From Solobacterium sp. (GTDB taxonomy: Bacteria > Bacillota_I > Bacilli_A > Erysipelotrichales > Erysipelotrichaceae), in NCBI GenBank assembly GCA_017941735.1, contig JAGAVW010000042.1, positions 236 to 64,235 on the forward strand: a DNA stretch of 64,000 nt, given 5' to 3'. A model generated the notes under the pieces. That model ran no database searches, was not told the DNA's origin, and saw only the letters and a program-made list of their open reading frames with translations. Below, in pieces: positions 57,301 to 63,672 of the stretch; within the stretch, counting starts at the first letter, position 1, and each line of letters opens with the position of its first letter. The translations under genes and the position numbers were made by a program.

Positions 57301-58149
57301 AAAAACTGTTTAGGAATCACAAATAGCGAAGAGCAAGATTATTTATATCGCTTTATGAAGCATTTAAAAGAAGGGCACTTACCTCCTTATAAAGAGCTTT
57401 ATGTAGTGATTACAGATATGACTATTTTTCTAAAATCGGAATTACAAGATAGTGTTTTACAGCTCGTCATGGATAAAGCAGCCTTTTATAGAATTAAATT
57501 AATCTCTTTTTCTTCCTTAGCTGCAAGTATTCCATATCGTATATTTATGCGTATGCAAATGCGTATTTCTCTCTATAATGATAGTTCGCAAGACCTAGTT
57601 TATTTATTTGAACAAGGCTCTATTCCACCATTTCTTAAGAAGGGATATGGACTGATTAAATATGAAAATCTTTATAAATTCTGTTATTACCGTCATAACC
57701 TATCATTTCTTGATAAAAATCATAATGAGATTGCATTACCTCATATTCCTAAAGTCATTTCAATGAATATGCAATCTTCCTTCATTGATATAGGCCAAAG
57801 CATTGAACAAGCTCAAATGGTTCGATTAGAGAAAGGAGAAATGGTGGCGTTATATCTTGTGGATGTTCGTTATGACTCGATTGTCTTTTCAAATTACCAA
57901 GATTCCTTTGTCTTTCATCAAGCGAATGAATCTTTTGTATGCACGAAGAATCAAATCCATTTTGTGCTTCTTGATAGCAGTGCGCTTAGCCATTATTTAC
58001 AAATGAACCAGTTACCAAAACATTTATTGTTGATAGGGAATATCAAGAATCAATATCTTATTCCCATTCCAAAAATAATCACGTTCAAAGAGAATTATGG
58101 GCTTTATATGCATGATGGAAAAAAGGAGTTGATACAACTTGCAGAATAA
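54346..58149 (+). CDS. essC: Type VII secretion EssC/YukB-type FtsK/SpoIIIE ATPase, shortened variant
   Basis: ATGA coupling to the upstream gene (ATG 54346). FHA-like N-terminus (ILTIGNIGADIVIP), two TM helices. D1 motifs PHGLIAGMTGSGKSE (Walker A nt 56221-56244), IDFKGGG, VIIVDEFAEL, VGRSLGIHLILSTQKPSG. The D2 and D3 equivalents lack GK[ST]. Confidence 0.9.
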   Translation: MIITVIENLKSRYLFLKTNIESLELKEETIRLLKVREGYHIELTASFSFLDEQLLKQGSTVKLLHKFTGEVILLYASIFLEGFTHFQKYAIEKAILTIGNIGADIVIPDQRIQEKISIDFTKQEIQNANPFFVAMNHNCIQEATFKNGDCLQILDIQLLFHESFFMMNYPSAIEVNLTPYKIPKEAKQLPTHTLIETKKRPCIKEKPVPMEVLFEEPIKLHSVNRNPLIFMMGPALMMSFATLLSGSLMFYQGLLNGRRPIEMLPMVLLPGVMLLSTLLWNPLQRIYEKHKQTKEIKERNHAYREYLLALDKTCRKHDLSYQKEMEGQFPSLHSIFEGNMIKQFIYERECDDYRFLSLRLGMHKESSITFKQSFKLDKKDEIRHMIDHFQKKYDKSCPLPYVLGFKNYQSIGLIDVDGNGFTNLLFPFAFFHNPNDLKIVVYGDQTFFKQHLFLYNLPHIHHNGSLLLVDQKKHLDSLLLELKNKGYAVLIFATKHIPNIDGIYQIQLLKEFQYGFDVLLHPSDRSIFMNNQWFSVDFDNFEITEESFSIFTYYKAPGSINEVIESPSFYSIHNLKAIDNKIIHENWRKNHVYEGMIAHIGAKENGEVIYLNLHEDYEGPHGLIAGMTGSGKSELLLTLIYSLCINYSPHELQFVLIDFKGGGLSSNFFMQEEYEPHICNVLTNLDESEIKKAILSLELECRYREALFQEVSKQLSTPIYHIHQYQRMAALKHWKYLPSLVIIVDEFAELKRDYPDFLQELIRIARVGRSLGIHLILSTQKPSGIVSEQIWANAQFKICLKVQDEIDSKEVLKVSDAAYLREKGEFYCISNHELEKGRSGYIHALYETNPKRMRLLDFCGKEIETFQAQTEVESYQMEYILNALLCMKHDLNIPSYRIWLPPLYKKNCPNPLLKEGIPIGEMDCIDLRKQIPLSFQEESLLVVSPNREEKKQFFLLLLDRLSLLDDCLLFIIDDLEIVEEKTQYFKNCLGITNSEEQDYLYRFMKHLKEGHLPPYKELYVVITDMTIFLKSELQDSVLQLVMDKAAFYRIKLISFSSLAASIPYRIFMRMQMRISLYNDSSQDLVYLFEQGSIPPFLKKGYGLIKYENLYKFCYYRHNLSFLDKNHNEIALPHIPKVISMNMQSSFIDIGQSIEQAQMVRLEKGEMVALYLVDVRYDSIVFSNYQDSFVFHQANESFVCTKNQIHFVLLDSSALSHYLQMNQLPKHLLLIGNIKNQYLIPIPKIITFKENYGLYMHDGKKELIQLAE

Positions 58150-58399
58150 AGAGGAAATTAAAATTTTTGTGCATTTTCCTTTAATCAATCAGGTTTATTA
58201 CATTACTGTGACAAGAAATATGAGTTTTAAAGAAATACTAAATTATTTTATGTCTTTTCTTCATGATGAATTAGGTGATTTCTATACGATGAATGAAGAA
58301 ACGATTCTTCTTGAAACAAGCTCAATGCAGATATGTAATCTTACAGATACATTATCTAACCTTAATGTTCAAGAAGGGATGCATTTCTATTTATTTTGA
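58139..58399 (+). CDS. YukD/EsaB-like ubiquitin-fold (beta-grasp) protein
   Basis: 86 aa. Pattern IKIFVHF...YYITV...SFKEIL....L......L...L.....L..L.VQEGMHFYLF matches the EsaB/YukD size and layout. TTG start 10 nt after aggag; overlaps the essC end by 11 nt. Confidence 0.6.
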   Translation: MQNKEEIKIFVHFPLINQVYYITVTRNMSFKEILNYFMSFLHDELGDFYTMNEETILLETSSMQICNLTDTLSNLNVQEGMHFYLF

Positions 58400-59212
58400 A
58401 AAACGTGTTTGATAGGAACAAGTTTGACAAAGTGGGGCACTTAGACGGTTTTCTTTTAGTGCTAATACAAAGTCTAGATATTCTTTTGTTTCTAGAATCG
58501 TAGCTAAAGAAGATGTAAACAGATTCCCAAATGGAATTGCGCCATCCGCATCTAAACAACAAGGAACAACTGTCCCATCCACAAGAATTGCTAATTGCTC
58601 GATTCCTCCTAGACAAGTACCTTTTGTATATACTTTATCCTTGTTTTGATCGGGCCAAGTGAAACCATCCGCAAAAGCGACATAGACATGTTCTTTGATT
58701 TGATAACTCTTATTTCGTTTTGTATCAGTGAACGCAAATTGGTTTTGGAGTTTTGCTAAGAATTGTTCCGCTTTTGCACTAGGGGTATTTGCACGCCAGA
58801 AACGTAATTCAAGGTATTGGTCTTGTTGTAATTCATCCATATATATTAAAACCGTTTGATATAGGTCTTCTAAATCAATGGATGGATTTTCATCTAGACT
58901 ATGTAAGGAAATGGATAATTTACGCACGGAAGGGTGTTTAAATAGGCGATATTGTTTTAAGAAAGTCCCATTTGTCACAAGTTGTACTTTCATATGATTC
59001 GCATCACAAATGTTTAGAATCTCTTCGCATTGTGGATGTAGGAGTGGTTCGCCTAAAACATGTAAATAGATATAATCGGTAAGGGGTTTTACTTCCTGTA
59101 AGACATAAGAAAAAGAAGAGGGTGACATAAATTGTGGTTCTCTTCTTTTCATAGCACAAAAAGAGCAAGCTAGATTACAAGAATTCGTAATTTCAATATA
59201 AATGCGTTTCAC
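58391..59212 (-). CDS. Radical SAM enzyme with a SPASM-type C-terminal Cys cluster, substrate unknown
   Basis: CNLACSFC (CxxxCxxC) at residues 12-19. C-terminal GTCLGG...PCCLD...CQTC auxiliary-cluster pattern. GTG start. The 3' end overlaps the YukD-like gene by 9 nt. Confidence 0.8.
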   Translation of the reverse strand: MKRIYIEITNSCNLACSFCAMKRREPQFMSPSSFSYVLQEVKPLTDYIYLHVLGEPLLHPQCEEILNICDANHMKVQLVTNGTFLKQYRLFKHPSVRKLSISLHSLDENPSIDLEDLYQTVLIYMDELQQDQYLELRFWRANTPSAKAEQFLAKLQNQFAFTDTKRNKSYQIKEHVYVAFADGFTWPDQNKDKVYTKGTCLGGIEQLAILVDGTVVPCCLDADGAIPFGNLFTSSLATILETKEYLDFVLALKENRLSAPLCQTCSYQTRFSK

Positions 59213-59219
59213 GCATCTA

Positions 59220-59966
59220 TTATAGCGTTAGAATGCTCTTTTGAAGAAATGCTTTTGTGCGATCGGATTTTGGTTGCGTAAAGATTTCATCTGGAGTTCC
59301 TTTTTCTTCAATGACTCCTTCATCCATAAAGATTACTCGATTACTCACTTCTTTTGCAAAAGACATTTCATGTGTGACAACAACCATGGTAAGTCCTTCA
59401 AGAGCTAGTTGTTTCATAACTTGTAATACCTCTTGCACCATTTCTGGATCTAGGGCACTGGTTGGTTCGTCAAATAGCATAAGCTTTGGATTCATACATA
59501 GAGCTCTAGCAATCGCAACACGTTGTTTTTGGCCACCTGATAAGGTATTACTTGCAGCATAACGAAATGGCAACATGCCTACTTTTTCTAAATAAGTTAA
59601 GGCAATCTTTTCCGCTTCCGCTTTGGATCGCTTTAATACTTTTTCTTGGGCAACCATACAGTTTTCTAAAACATTCATATTTGAAAATAGATTAAACTGT
59701 TGGAAGCACATGCCAACTTGCGCACGATATTGATTGATATCTTTTACTTGTTGGATATTTTCACCAAATACTTCAATCGTTCCATCATCTGGTGTTTCAA
59801 GTAAATTGATACAACGCAAAAGGGTGGATTTCCCGGAACCAGATTTACCAATTAAGCAAACCACTTCGCCATTATAAACATCAAAATCTACACCTTTTAA
59901 AACTTCTAATGCGCCATACTTTTTATGAATATTTCGTATTTTAACTATGGGATTCTTTTCACTCAT
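59220..59966 (-). CDS. Polar amino acid ABC transporter ATP-binding protein (GlnQ/HisP-like)
   Basis: [29 protein letters not shown]. Confidence 0.93.
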   Translation of the reverse strand: MSEKNPIVKIRNIHKKYGALEVLKGVDFDVYNGEVVCLIGKSGSGKSTLLRCINLLETPDDGTIEVFGENIQQVKDINQYRAQVGMCFQQFNLFSNMNVLENCMVAQEKVLKRSKAEAEKIALTYLEKVGMLPFRYAASNTLSGGQKQRVAIARALCMNPKLMLFDEPTSALDPEMVQEVLQVMKQLALEGLTMVVVTHEMSFAKEVSNRVIFMDEGVIEEKGTPDEIFTQPKSDRTKAFLQKSILTL

Positions 59967-60733
59967 ACATTTCTCCGGTCAGTTGCAAACTTCATGTTAT
60001 GGGGGTCGGTATCAGATTGAGGTAGACTTGTTTTTTGTTGATAGAGCTTTTTCTCAATTGTATTAAGAATGAGTGCTGCAATACTTGTTAATAGAAGGTA
60101 AATGGCAGCTTCAATGAAATAGGTTTCGGTATAACGATAGGTTGTACCCGCAATGGATTTTGCTTGAAACATTAGTTCAGTAATGGAAAGAATCATCAAT
60201 ACGGAAGAGTCTTTGATATTAACGATTAACTCATTTCCAATAGCAGGGAAAGCATTGCGTATAGCTTGCGGTAATATGACATGTTGCATTGTTTGCGCAT
60301 TTGACATACCAAGGGAGCGCGCGGCTTCAGTTTGGCCAATATCGACTGCTTGAATTCCTGCTCGAATAATTTCAGACATATAAGCACCCGTATTGATGGA
60401 GATGACAAATATAGCCGCAACCATCTTATCCCAGTGCACTATATTTAATAAGGCATAGTACAAAAATACCGCCTGTACCATCATAGGGGTACCACGGAAT
60501 ACCGTGATGTAAATAGAAGATAGAATATCAAATAGTTTCTTAATTACTTTTGAACTTTTCGAAGCATTGGGATCTAATCGGATTGCCCGTATTCCGCCTA
60601 CAAGCAATCCGAGTAAAAGCCCAAAGAACGTACCTAATAAGGAGACAATGAGGGTGGTACGCACACCCAATAGCAAACTAGGCCAATATTCTTCTAATAT
60701 TTCAAATATGATTTGGAAAAAAGTCTTTTCCAT
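59963..60733 (-). CDS. Polar amino acid ABC transporter permease (His/Glu/Gln/Arg/opine family)
   Basis: 256 aa, 5-6 TM; conserved EAA-type loop ([23 protein letters not shown]). Confidence 0.9.
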   Translation of the reverse strand: MEKTFFQIIFEILEEYWPSLLLGVRTTLIVSLLGTFFGLLLGLLVGGIRAIRLDPNASKSSKVIKKLFDILSSIYITVFRGTPMMVQAVFLYYALLNIVHWDKMVAAIFVISINTGAYMSEIIRAGIQAVDIGQTEAARSLGMSNAQTMQHVILPQAIRNAFPAIGNELIVNIKDSSVLMILSITELMFQAKSIAGTTYRYTETYFIEAAIYLLLTSIAALILNTIEKKLYQQKTSLPQSDTDPHNMKFATDRRNV

Positions 60734-61560
60734 TATTCACTCACCGCTGGTTGTCTTTCTACCGCATCCGCCATAATGGATTCTCTTTCTTCTTCACTGA
60801 TTTTATCGAGTGCGGTTTGAATCGCATTGCGTAATTCCGTATTATCTTTTGCGACTGCAATCGAAACGGATGCATCTTCTACGGATCCTTGGAATCCATT
60901 ATCTTCACTGAATTCAACGAATGTTAAATCTGGATTTGCTGCTTTGACACCAATTGCAACTGGTAATTCTGATACAATTGCATCAACTGCACCTTGCTTA
61001 AGATCGTTTACTAAAGCAGGGAAATCCGCTTTTGGTGCTTCGTGAATGACACCTTCAATTTGATCAATTAAGTCATCATAAAGTGTTCCTTGTTGGCCAA
61101 TCACACGCTTACCAGCTAATTCTTGAATGCTTGTGATATTCGCAACATCAGAGCCAGCTTGTACGATGATAACTTCTTTTGAAATATAGTAAGGAGTTGT
61201 AAAACTGACGGATTCACGACGTGTTTCGGTATCTGTCATACCGGCGATAATCGCATCAATTTCATTATGTTGAAGGGCAGGAATTAAGTTATCCCAATCG
61301 GTTTTAACGATTTCAACTTCATAACCTAATGCTTCTGCAATGCGTGTCGCAATGACTACATCATAGCCATCCGCATAATCGGTTTCATTGATTTGTTGGG
61401 TAAATTCCCCAGCGGTTGTTGTTGTCCAGTTAAATGGGGCATAGTTGCATTCCATACCAACACGTAGTTTATTCGACGTATTTGATGTATTGTTTGAATT
61501 TCCGCAGCCAACTAAAGCTATCGAAAGAAGTAGAATAGATAATAATCTTGGTGTTCTCAT
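60733..61560 (-). CDS. Amino acid ABC transporter substrate-binding lipoprotein
   Basis: Lipobox LVGC; family-3 periplasmic binding protein pattern (DAIIAGMTDTETRRESVSFTTPY). Confidence 0.9.
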   Translation of the reverse strand: MRTPRLLSILLLSIALVGCGNSNNTSNTSNKLRVGMECNYAPFNWTTTTAGEFTQQINETDYADGYDVVIATRIAEALGYEVEIVKTDWDNLIPALQHNEIDAIIAGMTDTETRRESVSFTTPYYISKEVIIVQAGSDVANITSIQELAGKRVIGQQGTLYDDLIDQIEGVIHEAPKADFPALVNDLKQGAVDAIVSELPVAIGVKAANPDLTFVEFSEDNGFQGSVEDASVSIAVAKDNTELRNAIQTALDKISEEERESIMADAVERQPAVSE

Positions 61561-61574
61561 GGTAGAACCTCTTT

Positions 61575-61797
61575 CTAGTAAAGAAAGACCGTATGCTATT
61601 ACATACGGTCCTGTTCATCCATAAGCAATAGCGCCACTTCATAACCTGAAGGAGTGATGTAGATCTTCTCATACATCCCCACAGAATCAATTCGCCAATT
61701 CATTCTGTTCGGCGGTGGTTACCTTTTATCGACTTCATCGCTCGCCAGCTCCATCGATGACTCATTTGCACCGCTACCTCTATAACGTCTTTTTTAC
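61575..61797 (-). promoter_or_regulatory. Probable lysine (L-box) riboswitch with an intrinsic terminator expression platform
   Basis: Minus-strand leader reads AUAGAGGUAGCGGUG..AUGAGUC..UGGAG..AAAAGG..CACCGCCGAAC..[hairpin]..UGUGGGG[hairpin]CACUCCUUCAGG, collinear with the L-box core elements (AGAGGnGC, GAGUA, GGAG, AAAGG, CGCCGAAG, UGGGG, CUGUCA). Terminator gaccgtatg/catacggtc (61587-61610) plus U-run just before the SD. Confidence 0.65.
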
Positions 61798-61803
61798 GAT
61801 TAC

Positions 61804-61832
61804 ATTATCCCAATAATTTTCATACCTGTCAA
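61804..61832 (-). promoter_or_regulatory. SigA-type promoter of the riboswitch-ABC operon
   Basis: Minus strand -35 ttgaca (61832-61827), 17-nt spacer, -10 gataat (61809-61804). Confidence 0.7.
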
Positions 61833-61839
61833 GAAATAA

Positions 61840-61867
61840 TTTTCAAAAGTTTGAAAATAGTTTCAAA
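61840..61867. repeat. Array of three alternating half-sites TTTCAAA / TTTGAAA / TTTCAAA (two overlapping palindromes), candidate operator
   Basis: ttttcaaa-ag-tttgaaaa (61840-61857) and tttgaaa-atag-tttcaaa (61850-61867), between the divergent ABC and truB promoters. Confidence 0.5.
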
Positions 61868-61890
61868 CTGCAATGAAGCCATAAAAATCA

Positions 61891-61898
61891 TGTATAAT
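61891..61898 (+). promoter_or_regulatory. Extended -10 box, candidate leaderless promoter of truB
   Basis: tgtataat ends 8 nt before ATG 61907; no SD. Confidence 0.55.
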
Positions 61899-61906
61899 CC
61901 AAATAT

Positions 61907-62752
61907 ATGGATGGAATACTTTTAATCAACAAAGAAGCAGGTATGACAAGTTTTGATGTAGTACGTCAATGTCGAAACTTTTATCATGAAAAGAAAATAG
62001 GGCATACAGGTACCTTAGATCCTAATGCCACCGGGTTATTACTTGTTTTAATGGGAAAATATACAAAGTTTATCCCTTATTGTGCAAAAGATGAAAAACA
62101 TTATATCGGAAGATTCCAATTAGGTATTTCTACTGATACCGAGGATATATGGGGAAATGTGATGGAAAGAAAAGAGACAAAAGCGCATACCCAAGAAGAA
62201 CTTGATGAAATCGCAGCTTCTTTTATAGGCAAGAGAACACAAATTCCACCCATGTATTCCGCACTTAAAGTTGATGGGAAGCGCCTATATGAATTAGCAC
62301 GAAAGGGAGTTGAAGTGGAACGCAAAGAAAGAGAAATTGAAATCTCTTCTTTATCCGTAAAACCTATAGGCTTAAATGAATATGAAATCGATGCGATTGT
62401 CTCAAGTGGAACCTATATTCGTACCTTAATCCAAGATTTTGTAAGAAAGCTAGGGGAAATAGGTACAATGAGTGCACTAGAACGCATCGGAATCGAACAT
62501 TTATCAATTACACAAAGCATTACCTTAAATGAATTGAGTATGGATGCCTTAAATAATTGGCAACCTCTAGATGTTATTTCAAAGCGATATCCACTTATTG
62601 AATATGAAGATCTTTTTACCATTAAGAATGGAAGAAAAATCAAATTAGATATTGACGATGCGGTGGTTATATTGAAAAATAAGGATATGTTGATAGCTGC
62701 TTATGAACGTAGAGAAGATGGCTATTATCACTGTTTAAGAGGCTTATTTTAA
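61907..62752 (+). CDS. truB: tRNA pseudouridine-55 synthase
   Basis: GILLINKEAGMTSFDV and the catalytic HTGTLDP motif. Confidence 0.96.
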   Translation: MDGILLINKEAGMTSFDVVRQCRNFYHEKKIGHTGTLDPNATGLLLVLMGKYTKFIPYCAKDEKHYIGRFQLGISTDTEDIWGNVMERKETKAHTQEELDEIAASFIGKRTQIPPMYSALKVDGKRLYELARKGVEVERKEREIEISSLSVKPIGLNEYEIDAIVSSGTYIRTLIQDFVRKLGEIGTMSALERIGIEHLSITQSITLNELSMDALNNWQPLDVISKRYPLIEYEDLFTIKNGRKIKLDIDDAVVILKNKDMLIAAYERREDGYYHCLRGLF

Positions 62753-63672
62753 TGCGAATTGAGCGAATTGATTTACAACACCTACGTAAAATACCCATGC
62801 CGACAACGGCTTGTATTGGGTATTTTGATGGTATGCATCGTGGTCATCAACAGCTCATAGAAAAAACGATTGCCTTAGCCAAAGAACATCATTGTGAAAG
62901 CAGTTTAATTACTTTTGATCCAGATCCAGAAGTTACCATCTTTCATTTAGAAGATAAAAAACATATCACACCACTCAATCAAAAGATTAATCTGGCGGTG
63001 CGTTTTGGGATTAAAAATGTCTTTATCATCTCTTTTACCAAAGAAATGTCTGAATTATCACCAGAAGACTTTATCCATAAAGTTTTAGGTTGTTTGGATT
63101 TAAAAGCACTTGTGTGTGGTTTTGATTTTCATTATGGCTATAAAGGGGCAGGGAATGCGGAAACTTTACAAAAAGAAACCGCATTTGAAACCTATGTCAT
63201 CAATGAAATACAAGAAGATGGCGAAAAGATTTCAAGCACACGTATTTTAAATCAATTAGAAGAAGGAAAGGTTGATGAAGTGGAGCGCTTATTGGGGTAT
63301 CCATTTGAAGTGGATGGCTATGTGCGCCCAGGTAACCATGTGGGACATCAATTAGGCTTTCCAACCGCTAATATTTATATTCATCCATCTTATCAATTAC
63401 CTAAACCTGGAGTTTATGCGGGATATGCCTATACCCAAGGCAAGCGTTATCTAGCAATGATTAATATTGGTCATAATCCAACTTGTAATTATCAGGAAGA
63501 CTTATCTTTTGAAGTACATTTACTTGGGTTTACGGGTGATTTATATGGAAAACGCGTACGGGTTTTATTTAAAAACTATTTACGTGAAGAAAGAAAGTTT
63601 AAAAATATTGATAACTTACGGATGCAGTTAGAACAAGATTGCTTTGCGGTAAAGAGGTTACTAAGCCAATGA
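62752..63672 (+). CDS. ribF: Bifunctional riboflavin kinase / FMN adenylyltransferase
   Basis: GYFDGMHRGHQ nucleotidyltransferase motif, C-terminal kinase GFPTANI; TAATG junction with truB. Confidence 0.95.
   Translation: MRIERIDLQHLRKIPMPTTACIGYFDGMHRGHQQLIEKTIALAKEHHCESSLITFDPDPEVTIFHLEDKKHITPLNQKINLAVRFGIKNVFIISFTKEMSELSPEDFIHKVLGCLDLKALVCGFDFHYGYKGAGNAETLQKETAFETYVINEIQEDGEKISSTRILNQLEEGKVDEVERLLGYPFEVDGYVRPGNHVGHQLGFPTANIYIHPSYQLPKPGVYAGYAYTQGKRYLAMINIGHNPTCNYQEDLSFEVHLLGFTGDLYGKRVRVLFKNYLREERKFKNIDNLRMQLEQDCFAVKRLLSQ

Larger units (their letters stand above)
51634..59212. other. AT-rich accessory block (T7SSb-like operon plus convergent radical SAM gene) lying between rbfA and truB
   Basis: Hand counts of single 60-nt lines. 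Block: essC 14/60 and 17/60 G+C, lipoprotein 18/60, rSAM 17/60 and 21/60, WXG 21/60. Outside the block: infB 26/60, polC 28/60, neighbouring ABC operon 23-31/60. rbfA and truB are adjacent in Bacillus-type operons. Confidence 0.55.

Noticed and set aside
61469-61690. 73-aa minus-strand ORF overlapping the riboswitch leader and the start of the binding-protein gene
   Set aside because: It lies across the structured leader and terminator, has no SD, and is out of frame with the lipoprotein gene that has a clear SD and lipobox.
61700-61725. Plus-strand ggcggtggttacc resembles the T-box GGTGGTACCGCG motif
   Set aside because: It is on the wrong strand for the downstream operon and has no terminator/antiterminator partner. 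On the minus strand the same bases form the CACCGCCGAA element of the L-box-like leader.
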